A model generated the notes under the pieces. It searched no databases. It saw only the letters and a list, made by a program, of their open reading frames with translations, and had not been told where the DNA came from. A stretch of 63,473 nt of DNA, filler included. It is 7 parts of 7 records of this genome, joined end to end, with 100 filler letters (N's around TTAATTAATTAA, not from the genome) between each part and the next. Parts side by side here need not be neighbours in the genome. Positions count along the whole stretch, not along the records: positions 51,261 to 56,721 come from DRR723986_46688; positions 56,822 to 63,473 come from DRR723986_48985; 5 more parts are not named here. One strand, given 5' to 3'. The translations under genes were made by a program, and so were the position numbers. This document shows positions 51,161-61,464 of this stretch, piece by piece; position 1 is the first letter of the stretch, and every line of letters begins with the position of its first letter.

Positions 51161-51260
51161 NNNNNNNNNNNNNNNNNNNNNNNNNNNNNNNNNNNNNNNN
51201 NNNNTTAATTAATTAANNNNNNNNNNNNNNNNNNNNNNNNNNNNNNNNNNNNNNNNNNNN
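51161..51260. other. Artificial contig spacer
   Basis: N44-TTAATTAATTAA-N44. Confidence 0.99.
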
Positions 51261-51397
51261 ATTTACGTAAATATGGTACAGCTGTGCATTCAGGTTTTGG
51301 TTTAGGGTTTGAACGTTTAGTTATGTTTGCTACAGGCATGAGTAATATTAGAGATGTAATTCCTTACCCTCGAACACCACAGAATGCTGAGTTTTAA
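51261..51397 (+). CDS. asnS: Asparagine--tRNA ligase, 3' end
   Basis: [20 protein letters not shown]...[17 protein letters not shown] (translated by hand). Confidence 0.9.
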
Positions 51398-51422
51398 TTA
51401 TTTTTATCACTAACAAAAGTAT

Positions 51423-52889
51423 ATGTCCCTAAAACAGTATTTACAATTTAAACTATCTCAAAAGCTGTCACCACAGCAGATTCAACTTATGAAGTTGATT
51501 CAGTTGCCTACACAAGCCTTTGAGCAACGTTTAAAACAAGAGCTAGAAGAAAATCTCGCTCTAGATACTGGAAAGGAATCCGATGCCTCAGAAGACGCAT
51601 TTGATGATTTTGATAATTCTACAGATGAATATAATGATAACGATACGATTGATGCAGAAGATATAAATGTTGATGAATACTTGAGTGACGATGAGATACC
51701 AGATTATCGTACACAAGCCAATAACTATAGTTCTGACGATGAAGACAAAAGTGTACCATATGCTGCAGGTACGTCCTTTACTCAACATTTAATAAACCAA
51801 CTAAACACATTTAGGCTTTCTGAACAAGAAGAAGAAATAGCTTATTTCTTAGTTGGTAGTGTCGACGAAAGTGGATATATAAGAAGAACATTATCTGATA
51901 TTACAGATGATTTGGCTTTTACTCAAAACGTATTTACTACAGAAGAAGAAATTGAAAAAGTCTTAAAAATAGTTCATCAATTAGATCCTGCTGGTGTTGG
52001 TGCTAGGAATTTACAAGAGTGCTTAAGTATACAATTACATCGTAAAGAACAGAATCCAGATATAGAGTTAGCAATAGCTATTATTGACAAAAGTTTTGAG
52101 CAATTTACAAAAAAGCATTACAAAAAGTTAATGCAAAAATTTAACATCGATGAGGAACAACTTAAAGATGCTATAGAAGAAATTGAACGCCTCAATCCTA
52201 AACCAGGTGGTTCTTATGCCGGAAATAACAAGATTGTAGAACATATAGTACCTGACTTTGCAATTAAAATCGTTGATGGCGAATTAGAATTAACGCTAAA
52301 TGGTAGAAATGCACCAGAGCTTCACGTTTCCAGAGAATACAACAACATGCTAAAAGGCTATAAAGACACTAAAGAAAAGTCTAAAGCACAGAAGGATGCT
52401 GTTATGTTTATTAAGCAGAAGTTAGATGCAGCAAAATGGTTTATAGAAGCTGTGAAACAGCGACAACAAACGCTTTTTGTTACAATGAGCGCTATTATGC
52501 ACTATCAGAAAGAATACTTCTTATCTGGTGATGAGCGTAAACTCCGCCCAATGATATTAAAAGATATTGCAGATGAAATTGAAATGGATGTCTCAACTGT
52601 ATCTCGAGTGGCTAATAGTAAATATGTTGATACACCTTATGGTACTAAACTAATTAAAGAGTTCTTTTCTGAATCCATGACAAATGCAGAGGGTGAAGAA
52701 GTCTCTACACGTGAGATAAAAAAAATCTTAGAAACTGTAATTGAGGACGAGAATAAAAAGAAGCCATTAACAGATGAGGCGCTATCTAAAATTTTGAAAG
52801 AAAAAGGATACCCAATTGCAAGACGAACCGTTGCAAAGTATAGAGAACAATTAGATATTCCTGTTGCTCGTCTAAGAAAGAAGATTTAA
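51423..52889 (+). CDS. rpoN: RNA polymerase sigma-54 factor
   Basis: Q-rich region I, DPAGVGARNLQECL, RpoN box ARRTVAKYRE. Confidence 0.97.
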   Translation: MSLKQYLQFKLSQKLSPQQIQLMKLIQLPTQAFEQRLKQELEENLALDTGKESDASEDAFDDFDNSTDEYNDNDTIDAEDINVDEYLSDDEIPDYRTQANNYSSDDEDKSVPYAAGTSFTQHLINQLNTFRLSEQEEEIAYFLVGSVDESGYIRRTLSDITDDLAFTQNVFTTEEEIEKVLKIVHQLDPAGVGARNLQECLSIQLHRKEQNPDIELAIAIIDKSFEQFTKKHYKKLMQKFNIDEEQLKDAIEEIERLNPKPGGSYAGNNKIVEHIVPDFAIKIVDGELELTLNGRNAPELHVSREYNNMLKGYKDTKEKSKAQKDAVMFIKQKLDAAKWFIEAVKQRQQTLFVTMSAIMHYQKEYFLSGDERKLRPMILKDIADEIEMDVSTVSRVANSKYVDTPYGTKLIKEFFSESMTNAEGEEVSTREIKKILETVIEDENKKKPLTDEALSKILKEKGYPIARRTVAKYREQLDIPVARLRKKI

Positions 52890-52905
52890 CCTTTATATTT
52901 ATAGG

Positions 52906-53514
52906 ATGAAAGATTATATTTTAAAAGGAATCTCTTTTGTTTTTCATCCATTAATAATGCCTTTACTTGGTGTTCTTTTTTACTTTTCAAAAACACCACG
53001 GTTTATACCAGAGCCTGTAATGAAGGCTAAAATATTTTCTATAGTTATATTAACAATTATACTACCTATTTTACTTTTCTACTTACTTAAAACCGTTAAT
53101 AAAGTAGAAACGATATACTTAAAGACAACAAAAGAACGCCTTATTCCACTTTTTATTAATTGCGTTATTATTACGCTAATACTTATACGCGTTTTACCTC
53201 CTAATGAAATTATAGAGTTATATTACTTCTTCCTTGGAATACTATGCTCAACATTAGCCTGTTTTATACTTGCTGTTTTTAAGATAAAAGCAAGTATACA
53301 TATGATTGCGGTTTCTGGCTTTTTTATGTATACAATAGCATTGGCTGTGCATTATCAAATAAACATTAATGGCAGTGTTGCTTTAATTTTAATTATTATG
53401 GGTGCAATTGCAACATCAAGGCTTCATTTAAAAGCACATACAAGTTACGAGCTAATTATAGGCCTTTTTACAGGACTCTTCCCTCAACTTATACTTCTTA
53501 ATTATTGGTTATAG
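52906..53514 (+). CDS. Conserved membrane protein (PAP2-like C-terminus)
   Basis: FHPLIMP, KASIHM, SRLHLKAHT; multiple TM segments. Confidence 0.7.
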   Translation: MKDYILKGISFVFHPLIMPLLGVLFYFSKTPRFIPEPVMKAKIFSIVILTIILPILLFYLLKTVNKVETIYLKTTKERLIPLFINCVIITLILIRVLPPNEIIELYYFFLGILCSTLACFILAVFKIKASIHMIAVSGFFMYTIALAVHYQININGSVALILIIMGAIATSRLHLKAHTSYELIIGLFTGLFPQLILLNYWL

Positions 53515-54201
53515 AATATAAAACATTAGGCCAATTTTAATAGATTTCATGTCTATTGACTTTCCTTCTAATTGTGCGGAACTATCAAATATAGTATTTA
53601 GACCATAATAGAAATGAAAATTCCAAGTCCCATAACCCACACTTAGCGTTAAACCGTATTGCAATTTATTAAAGTCTTCAATTTGTGATAAATTATTATC
53701 ACCTTCATCACTATTAAACTTGGTAGAGTTATACAAGAGATACCCTAACTTAAATCCTGTATAAATACGCCAGAAATTATAATCTGTTGGTGTAGAAGTT
53801 CTCCATCGAAGTTCTAAAGGAAATTCCACCAAATAAGTGGTGAATTTATTCTTAGATACATTTATCTCACTTTCATCTATTACACTATAGATATATTCAT
53901 TATTAACCTCATCTATATAAAGATTTTGATTATAAGAGTTGGTTGAAACCCCAATACCCAAACCTAAAGCAAAATCTCTATCCTTATTAATAGGCATGTC
54001 TCTAATAAAACCAAAATGAAAACCTGTTGAGAAACCACTTTGAGACACATTACTTGGTTTTTCGTTAAGCAAATTATAGGTTACAGATGCATAGAATTGG
54101 TCTTCTCTGTACTTTTCATAATCTTCTTTATCTGAATTGTTATTCTGAGAAAGGCTTTTATAAGCAATTAAGCTAACAAATAGAAAAAAGTAATACTTCA
54201 T
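53509..54201 (-). CDS. Porin-family / PorT-like outer-membrane beta-barrel
   Basis: YREDQFY, EFPLELRWR, terminal IGLMFYIL. Confidence 0.75.
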   Translation of the reverse strand: MKYYFFLFVSLIAYKSLSQNNNSDKEDYEKYREDQFYASVTYNLLNEKPSNVSQSGFSTGFHFGFIRDMPINKDRDFALGLGIGVSTNSYNQNLYIDEVNNEYIYSVIDESEINVSKNKFTTYLVEFPLELRWRTSTPTDYNFWRIYTGFKLGYLLYNSTKFNSDEGDNNLSQIEDFNKLQYGLTLSVGYGTWNFHFYYGLNTIFDSSAQLEGKSIDMKSIKIGLMFYIL

Positions 54202-54238
54202 ATGTATAAAACTACAAAATCTTTAAATGGATTCTAAT

Positions 54239-54271
54239 AAAAAACGTCCTGAATTCTCAGGACGTTTTTTT
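54239..54271. terminator. Intrinsic terminator after the exbD genes
   Basis: AAAAAACGTCCTGA-ATTC-TCAGGACGTTTTTT. Confidence 0.8.
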
Positions 54272-54291
54272 ATAAAATTAAGAAATAAATC

Positions 54292-54756
54292 CTATTGCTC
54301 TGCTTTCGTATTGGTGATATACATCACCTTTAATGTATTAGCTTTACGTAATTCTTGTTTGATATCAGAAACTAATCCGGCATTGGTCTCTTTATCTACT
54401 TTTAGACCAACAACAATTTTACTTTTTAAATCTTCATTCATATCTGCTTGAGCTTGCAAAACTGCAGGCTTAACATCTTCTACTCCAACAAAAGCATCAT
54501 TTATTTGAATACGGGCTTCCGTACCAAACTTTTTGTATTGACTACTAGGCTTTCCTGCATAAATAAAAGTAGTTCTATCCTTTTTTAATTTCTCTACTTG
54601 ATCTGCAGATGGCAGTCTATTTTCAATCATTAAAGAGCTATCTCTCATTACAGTTGCTACCATGAAAAAGAAAAGCAACATAAATACAATATCAGGTAAG
54701 GATGCCGTTGAAATTGCTGGCAATTCACTTTTTCCTCCTTTTTTAAATTTAGACAT
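54292..54756 (-). CDS. exbD: Biopolymer transporter ExbD
   Basis: STASLPDIVFMLLFFFMV. Confidence 0.9.
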   Translation of the reverse strand: MSKFKKGGKSELPAISTASLPDIVFMLLFFFMVATVMRDSSLMIENRLPSADQVEKLKKDRTTFIYAGKPSSQYKKFGTEARIQINDAFVGVEDVKPAVLQAQADMNEDLKSKIVVGLKVDKETNAGLVSDIKQELRKANTLKVMYITNTKAEQ

Positions 54757-54767
54757 AATTGTTACTT

Positions 54768-55382
54768 TTAATTTTTATCTGGTTCTGCTTCAGAAAGCTT
54801 CATAGGGAATAAATCCTTTATTCTTTCTATTTGCTCATTTAATTTCTCGTCTTTCTTAAACTGATTCTTTTCTTTCTCTTCTAACATAGATTGAAAAGAT
54901 CTGTTGAAAAGACGTTGTGCTTCACGTTCACGCAGTACATTATAAGCGGCTACAAGCTCGTTTTGAACTTCTATATACTTATCATAAGATGTTTCTCTAT
55001 CGTGTTTCATAGAGATAATTGCTTTGTCAGGATGATCAGAAGAACTTTCTGAACGTTTTCCTTTACAATATGTACATGATTCATCTTCTGCATTTATACC
55101 TCCTCCATTATCAAGGAAATCTATAGCTGCTTGTCTTAAATCCTTCAATTGCATTTCCTCTTCTTCAACAAGCAATTGGTTATTACGGTTTATAAGTACA
55201 GTAAATAGATTTTTTTGTTTAATGATTGGTGGTTCTGTCTCTGAATCATCAATAGGTGGCAAACTTCTTAAAATACCTTTATCCTTCTCAATTGTAGTTG
55301 TTACTAAGAAAAAGATAAGTAATAAGAAGGCAATGTCAGCCATTGATCCTGCATTTACTTCGGGTGCTGCTCTTTTTGCCAT
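54768..55382 (-). CDS. exbD: Biopolymer transporter ExbD
   Basis: NAGSMADIAFLLLIFFLVTT. Confidence 0.9.
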   Translation of the reverse strand: MAKRAAPEVNAGSMADIAFLLLIFFLVTTTIEKDKGILRSLPPIDDSETEPPIIKQKNLFTVLINRNNQLLVEEEEMQLKDLRQAAIDFLDNGGGINAEDESCTYCKGKRSESSSDHPDKAIISMKHDRETSYDKYIEVQNELVAAYNVLREREAQRLFNRSFQSMLEEKEKNQFKKDEKLNEQIERIKDLFPMKLSEAEPDKN

Positions 55383-55388
55383 AAATAT

Positions 55389-55829
55389 TTATTTACTAAT
55401 TACTTTTTTAACTCCTGAGAAAATCATTGCTAAAGCTGCAACGACAATTAGCACATAAAATGCTGTTAGTCCTGCACCCACCATATGTGATTGTGTGTCT
55501 GTAGCAAAACCGTCTTGAAGTTTATACTGTCTTGTGTCACCACCAGCAACAACATATGAAATAACTAATACTACGGCAAAGGCACCTAATCCTATAAGTG
55601 TATTTTTAAGACCTGCTGTATTTGTAAATAGATTTTTAATTACAAAAACTACCACAAATAATAAAACTAGTCCTAATATAATGTAAGCAATCCAAGCCAT
55701 TGGCTCAACAAGACCTGCCTTTTCGCCAGTCTCAATTGCTTCGTCACCTGCTGCTATAATTCTAATTAAGGATATAATCCCTGCTAAACTTAGAACAGCG
55801 GCTACTATTTTTAATATTTTATGTAACAT
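55389..55829 (-). CDS. Membrane protein of the Bacteroidota exbB-exbD operon
   Basis: Four TM segments; lies between exbB and exbD. Confidence 0.75.
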   Translation of the reverse strand: MLHKILKIVAAVLSLAGIISLIRIIAAGDEAIETGEKAGLVEPMAWIAYIILGLVLLFVVVFVIKNLFTNTAGLKNTLIGLGAFAVVLVISYVVAGGDTRQYKLQDGFATDTQSHMVGAGLTAFYVLIVVAALAMIFSGVKKVISK

Positions 55830-55844
55830 AATTTTTGTGGTCTT

Positions 55845-56615
55845 TTATTTTTTGTGTCTTACTAATAAGTCCATCAACGTGATTGATGCATCTTCCATAT
55901 CATTTACAATACTATCTATTTTAGCAATGATATAGTTGTAAAAAATCTGCAATATAATTGCCACAATAAGACCGAATACTGTTGTTAAAAGTGCTACTTT
56001 AATACCACCTGCCACTAAAGAAGGTTGCATATCACCAGCTGCTTCAATTTTATCAAAGGCCTGAATCATACCAATTACTGTACCCATGAAACCAAGCATT
56101 GGTGCCAAGGCGATAAATAATGAAATCCAAGACACATTCTTTTCTAATTGTCCCATTTGAACTCCTCCATAAGCTACGACAGCTTTCTCTGCAGCATCAA
56201 TGTCCTCATCTGCTCTATCTAATCCTTGATAGAAAATAGAAGCTACGGGCCCTTTAGTATTTCTACATACTTCTTTAGCCGCCTCAATACCGCCAGATGC
56301 TAAGGCATCTTCAACATTTTGAGTTAATTTTTTTGTGTTTGTTGTTGAAAGGTTTAAAAAGATAATTCTCTCAATAGCGATAGCTAATCCAAGAATTAAA
56401 CATAACAATACAATACCCATAAAGCCTGGGCCACCTTCAATAAAACGCTTTTTTAATTCTTGATGGAAACTCAAATCTTCTGAAGCAGTTTCTTCAGCCT
56501 GAGTTACGCTAGTTACTGTTGTTGTTGGTGTTGCTAATGTTGTAGTTGCATTTGCATTAACAGTTCCGATAGCCATTAAACATGTTATGGCAAGAATAGA
56601 AAATAATCTTTTCAT
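55845..56615 (-). CDS. exbB: MotA/TolQ/ExbB proton channel protein
   Basis: APMLGFMGTVIGMI, GIKVALLTTVFGL. Confidence 0.9.
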   Translation of the reverse strand: MKRLFSILAITCLMAIGTVNANATTTLATPTTTVTSVTQAEETASEDLSFHQELKKRFIEGGPGFMGIVLLCLILGLAIAIERIIFLNLSTTNTKKLTQNVEDALASGGIEAAKEVCRNTKGPVASIFYQGLDRADEDIDAAEKAVVAYGGVQMGQLEKNVSWISLFIALAPMLGFMGTVIGMIQAFDKIEAAGDMQPSLVAGGIKVALLTTVFGLIVAIILQIFYNYIIAKIDSIVNDMEDASITLMDLLVRHKK

Positions 56616-56689
56616 TGTTCTTAATCTTAATTTTATTAGTTAAAGTGTTAAAGATAAAAAAAATAATGTAACTATTGCCTAGAACATAA

Positions 56690-56721
56690 GCAGAGAGGAA
56701 GGGATTCGAACCCTCGATACC
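56690..56721 (-). tRNA. tRNA 3' fragment (probably tRNA-Ser)
   Basis: Reverse strand GGTATCGAGGGTTCGAATCCCTTCCTCTCTGC: T-arm and acceptor strand; anticodon not in view. Confidence 0.7.
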
Positions 56722-56821
56722 NNNNNNNNNNNNNNNNNNNNNNNNNNNNNNNNNNNNNNNNNNNNTTAATTAATTAANNNNNNNNNNNNNNNNNNNNNNN
56801 NNNNNNNNNNNNNNNNNNNNN
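56722..56821. other. Artificial contig spacer
   Basis: N44-TTAATTAATTAA-N44. Confidence 0.99.
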
Positions 56822-56825
56822 CCGA

Positions 56826-58778
56826 TTAATTAATCGGCTCAAATAAATGGAATGTATATGGCTCCATGATCAAATATTCGTGATCTAACCCAACCTTAAA
56901 TTCCTGTCCTGTCCAATGATCAAGTAGCTTTTCCGGAATTGGCGTGTGTTCTTTAAAAGCATACCACGTCAAGAATGCTGTTTCTGCACTGAAATTAAAA
57001 ACGCCGTAAAGCTTTTGGTTTCCAAATTTGCGCAAGTATCCAGCCACATGAATGTTGTGAGGTGGTAGCCATGTCAGATTATTATGATCAGCCACTACAT
57101 TCAATTTTTTTCTAATCGAAATTAATTTCTTAGTGCTTTCAAAGATCTGACTCTCAATACTTCCGGAGTTTTGTCTCTTTTGGTTTTTATCCCAATCCAT
57201 TACTGGCCTATGCATCCAACGATTATCATAATTCTTACCAGAATCATTCAGGTAGGAATAATCATTTGTGTACCCAAGTTCATCGCCATAGAAAATAATT
57301 GGTAATCCGCCGATAAAGAATGAATGCGCCTGCATCAACACTATTTTTTGAATTGAAAGAGTAATGCTAAATTCATTTTGATCTTCCAAAGCCTTTTCCA
57401 AACCACAAAGAGAAGCTAATGACCCACTAATCCGCGCATCTCCGGTTTTTGGGTTGGAAGAGAACAAAGCACCTTTTGCAGGGCTGTGTGCTTGATTTCC
57501 GGTGAAGTAATCCTTGAGAAACTTTCGATGCTCATATGGATTTTTTCCTGTTTGAGCTATCATATAATCATCGTATCCCAGACCTATATCATCATGGCAA
57601 CGGGTGTAGGTGATCCAGCTTGTGCCATAGGGTTTTTTGAGGATTTCATGTTGGGCGGCAAGCATTACCTTGGTTTCTCCAGAGGCTAGCATATCCCATT
57701 GTAGCGCCATATGCGTGGCGTTGTAGGCAAAATCACATTCTTTTGCCAAAAACTCACCGGATCCGAAATATTTAATAATCTCCTTAGGAGCTACGATGGC
57801 TTCACCCAAAATAGCCATTCCTGGAGTGGCCACTTCTACACATTGTTTGATTAACCGTAATAAAGTGTGTGCCTGTGGGAGGTTTTGAGAGCTTGTACCT
57901 GTCTGCTTCCAAATAAATGCAGGAGCGTCAATTCTGAGTACATCCACTCCAAGATTTCCATAGAACAGAATATTGTCTAGCATCGCCCTGAAAACTGCAG
58001 GATTCATGTAATTCAAGTCCCACTGGTAATCATGAAAAACAGTCATTACCCATTTATTACACTCAGGTACAAAAGTGAAATTACCTGGTGAGCTCTCTGG
58101 GAAAATTTCTGGCATGGATGCATCAAACTGATTTGGAATCCAGCGATCATCATACATGTAGAAATAGTCCTGAAATTCCGTATCTCCCTGCTTTGCCTTC
58201 TCTGCCCATTCATGACGATGGGAAGTATGATTTAATACGATGTCCAGCATTAAATACATATCCTTCTTTTGCATGGACTTTCTTAGGTCAATTAATTCAG
58301 CCAACGTCCCATATCGCTCGTCTATTTTCCTGAAATTAGATACGGCATATCCTCCATCACTTTCACCTGCCGGACTTTCAAACAAAGGCATTAAATGAAG
58401 AAAATTAACCCCCAGTTCTTCAAAATAGTCCAGTTTGGTTTCCATGCTTTTTAGATTACCCGAAAACCTATCTACGTATAGACTCATTCCTACCAGATCA
58501 TTGCTGAGAAACCATTTTCCAGATTCTTCTTTGGACTTGTCTCTTTGCTTTAGGTCATTTCCCCTTTCCTGATTTGCTTTCGCTATGGTGAGTACTAGCT
58601 CTTCGAAAAATTGGTTTGCCTGATAAGAGTGACCATATATTTCTCCAAAAAGGAAAGCTATAGTGTCGATAGATTGAGTGAGCCGCAGATAAAATGAGGG
58701 GTCATCTTTCTGGGAAAATCCATTTTTTGATAAAATATCAACTGCAAAAGATTGAGCAGACTGATTCAATGTAAACAT
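56826..58778 (-). CDS. GH13 amylosucrase/sucrose hydrolase-like glycosidase
   Basis: SDGGYAVS, DIVLNH, LRIDAPAFIWK, GEAIV, RCHDDIG, DNRWMHRP. Confidence 0.88.
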   Translation of the reverse strand: MFTLNQSAQSFAVDILSKNGFSQKDDPSFYLRLTQSIDTIAFLFGEIYGHSYQANQFFEELVLTIAKANQERGNDLKQRDKSKEESGKWFLSNDLVGMSLYVDRFSGNLKSMETKLDYFEELGVNFLHLMPLFESPAGESDGGYAVSNFRKIDERYGTLAELIDLRKSMQKKDMYLMLDIVLNHTSHRHEWAEKAKQGDTEFQDYFYMYDDRWIPNQFDASMPEIFPESSPGNFTFVPECNKWVMTVFHDYQWDLNYMNPAVFRAMLDNILFYGNLGVDVLRIDAPAFIWKQTGTSSQNLPQAHTLLRLIKQCVEVATPGMAILGEAIVAPKEIIKYFGSGEFLAKECDFAYNATHMALQWDMLASGETKVMLAAQHEILKKPYGTSWITYTRCHDDIGLGYDDYMIAQTGKNPYEHRKFLKDYFTGNQAHSPAKGALFSSNPKTGDARISGSLASLCGLEKALEDQNEFSITLSIQKIVLMQAHSFFIGGLPIIFYGDELGYTNDYSYLNDSGKNYDNRWMHRPVMDWDKNQKRQNSGSIESQIFESTKKLISIRKKLNVVADHNNLTWLPPHNIHVAGYLRKFGNQKLYGVFNFSAETAFLTWYAFKEHTPIPEKLLDHWTGQEFKVGLDHEYLIMEPYTFHLFEPIN

Positions 58779-58789
58779 CTTGATAGAAT

Positions 58790-60268
58790 TTAATGTCCGC
58801 CAGCTCCCATTACAGAACTGTCGATGTTGGTGGTTTCTTTTATTCTCAATACTGCAACGGCTCCCATAAGCAATAAAATGCCAGCGAATGTGATTGCTGA
58901 TCCAGGATTATTGTCTAGGAAAGTCTTGGAGATATAGCCAAAGCTCAGGGTTTGGAAAATCATAGGGATTACTATCATCATGTTAATGATTCCCATATAC
59001 ACTCCATATCGTTCCTTTGGTATTTCGTTGACTACCAGTAAATAAGGGACTCCCATCATGCTTGCCCACGCAATTCCAAAGCCTGTCATAGGTGCAAATA
59101 GCAAGTATTTATTTTCAATTAATGGAAATGCCAAAAGGCCAACTCCTGCCATTATCAAACAGATGAAATGTACTTTTTTAGGACCAAATCTGGTGGCCAT
59201 TCTGGCTAGGAAAAAGGCTGAAAGAAAAGTGACAATATTATACCAGCCATTTACAAGTCCTGTCCATCCTACTGCCTGCTCATACAGTTGTTTATTCTCC
59301 AATGGGCTAGTATTCCATACAGACTGGGCTATGCTTTTGGCTGCATTTTGCCAATAGCAAAACAAGGCATACCACTGAAATAGATACACCAAAGCAAGTT
59401 TCCACATCACAGAAGGCATTTGAATTATAGACTCAATTATTTCTAAGTTTTGCGCAAACACAACCTTTACCGTAGGATGATTTTCGGCCCATTTGATAGT
59501 TTTTCTAATAATGGTCCTATCAAAAATGGATGGAATAAGCAGAATAAATAGCGCTAAATACCCGATCAAGGTCGTTAATATGGATAAGAAAAATTGAATG
59601 ACGGGATGAGGCATGCCCTTATTCTTTTCCTCCAAGATCTTTAACTCCTCTTCTGATGGTGGGTATTCCGGTGTTTTGGACATACTCCACAGGACCGAGC
59701 CAATAGAACAGACCGTACCTAAAAAGAAAGAAGCATAAACCCAGACCGGTAAAGAGCCCACAATACCTGGAATATATTTTTGAAAGACAAAAAGGGAAAC
59801 GTTTGCCAAGGTAATTCCTAAGCCAGTGAAGAAGCTTTGTGTAAGAAAGCCTTTGCTGTATTGGGACTCAGGAAGCACATCTGCAATCAAAGCGCGATAC
59901 GGCTCCATCGCAGTATTATTTGCAGCATCTAAAACCCACAATAGTCCTGCTGCCATCCAAAGCGAGCTACTAAACGGATAAAAGAACAGACAAATACTAC
60001 ATATCAATGCACCAATGAAAAAGAAGGGTTTCCTTCTTCCAAATTTAGGACTCCAAGTACTATCACTTAACGCTCCAATTATCGGCTGGATGAGTAGCCC
60101 TGTCATTGGTCCTGCCAAATTCAAAATAGGGATTTCGTCAGGAGCAGCACCAAGCATATCATAAATTGGATTTACTGCACTCTGCTGCAACCCAAAGCTA
60201 TATTGTATCCCAAAAAAGCCAACGTTCATATTGATAATCTGGGAAAGAGAGAGCTGAGGTTTTCTCAT
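58790..60268 (-). CDS. MFS sugar transporter (SLC45/MalT-like)
   Basis: [19 protein letters not shown]...[31 protein letters not shown]. Confidence 0.9.
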   Translation of the reverse strand: MRKPQLSLSQIINMNVGFFGIQYSFGLQQSAVNPIYDMLGAAPDEIPILNLAGPMTGLLIQPIIGALSDSTWSPKFGRRKPFFFIGALICSICLFFYPFSSSLWMAAGLLWVLDAANNTAMEPYRALIADVLPESQYSKGFLTQSFFTGLGITLANVSLFVFQKYIPGIVGSLPVWVYASFFLGTVCSIGSVLWSMSKTPEYPPSEEELKILEEKNKGMPHPVIQFFLSILTTLIGYLALFILLIPSIFDRTIIRKTIKWAENHPTVKVVFAQNLEIIESIIQMPSVMWKLALVYLFQWYALFCYWQNAAKSIAQSVWNTSPLENKQLYEQAVGWTGLVNGWYNIVTFLSAFFLARMATRFGPKKVHFICLIMAGVGLLAFPLIENKYLLFAPMTGFGIAWASMMGVPYLLVVNEIPKERYGVYMGIINMMIVIPMIFQTLSFGYISKTFLDNNPGSAITFAGILLLMGAVAVLRIKETTNIDSSVMGAGGH

Positions 60269-60551
60269 TGGTTTCTTTTGGGTTAGGCGTTTTGGGCTGA
60301 GATCAAAGGATTAGGTAACTCGCATCCTTTAAATCAGGTTTAAAATACACATTAAACTCTTCAGACAAATGATAGTAAGGTACAATGAGGGCGCTGTTTG
60401 CTCTTATTTAGAAGAGAAATTGTGTGTTTATTTACTGTTTCAATCGGTTGAAATCAAAAGAAAACTGAGGTTAAAATTTTTTATTTTTTTTTATATACCA
60501 GCTCAAAAAATTAGGATTAGGAGTGAAAAAAAGGTTTTCAAACTCTTTTTC

Positions 60552-61439
60552 TTACTTCATTGCCTCTCGTATTTCCTGAAGAAAAACAGAAACTTTCACT
60601 TTAGGATCGCCTTCGCCCAATGTCTCAATTGGGATATATCCACGGTAACCGGATTTCTTAATTAAGGCCATGATTTTGGTGACATCAGTTTTTTGCTCCA
60701 CGCCATTCAGATATAAATTTTCTTTCAATTGCCAGCTGACCGCGTAGGGAATTGCCTTTTCTATTTCTTTATAAGCATCATTACGAAAACTTCCAATATC
60801 CAGAATCAACCCAAACCAATCTGAGTTTACTCGATTGATGATTTCAATAGTCTCTTCTGCCGTTTTTAGAAAATCATGATGGTTTTGTATGCCAACAACA
60901 ACGCCATGAGCTTTTCCAAATTCAACACATTCTTTAAGATCGGCGACCATATAGTCCACCACTTTTTCACGAGGGATATTACTAACATCAGCAGTTCCGG
61001 AGAAAACCCGGATAACCGGAGCGCCAATTTTTTCTGCTGCCAAAATCCAATTTTTAACCAACTTCACACTTTCTCTTCGCTTGGCTGGATCTGGATCGGT
61101 AAAATCGTTGCGAACTCCTGTTCCGCTTATTTCAAGTCCGAGAAGAAAAGCTTTCTGTTTGATATGATACAAATACTCATCTGAAGGAACCTCGGGATAA
61201 CCAGGGAAATAGTAGGCTGTAATATCAACAGCGTCAAATTGATTGGCGGCACAATATTCCAACAATTCATCTAGGTTCATTTCCCCTTTCATCAATGGCC
61301 GATTAAATGAATAGGCATTTAGGCTGGTCTTTAATTTTGTAGGAAGTTGTTGCTGTGATTTTCCTGTAAAAGGAAGACAAATGACCAAAAAAAGAAGGAG
61401 GGCAATAATGTGGATTTTATCTTTCTGATTTCGGTTCAT
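60552..61439 (-). CDS. Sugar phosphate isomerase/epimerase (xylose isomerase-like TIM barrel), secreted
   Basis: Signal peptide; SLNAYSF, IRVFSG, QNHH, LDIG, PIETL. Confidence 0.85.
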   Translation of the reverse strand: MNRNQKDKIHIIALLLFLVICLPFTGKSQQQLPTKLKTSLNAYSFNRPLMKGEMNLDELLEYCAANQFDAVDITAYYFPGYPEVPSDEYLYHIKQKAFLLGLEISGTGVRNDFTDPDPAKRRESVKLVKNWILAAEKIGAPVIRVFSGTADVSNIPREKVVDYMVADLKECVEFGKAHGVVVGIQNHHDFLKTAEETIEIINRVNSDWFGLILDIGSFRNDAYKEIEKAIPYAVSWQLKENLYLNGVEQKTDVTKIMALIKKSGYRGYIPIETLGEGDPKVKVSVFLQEIREAMK

Positions 61440-61464
61440 AGTCTTAATTGTATTTAAAGATGCA

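Noticed and set aside
56822-56837. Perfect palindrome CCGATTAATTAATCGG at a contig start
   Set aside because: Overlaps the GH13 stop codon at the contig edge; likely coincidence or an end artefact.
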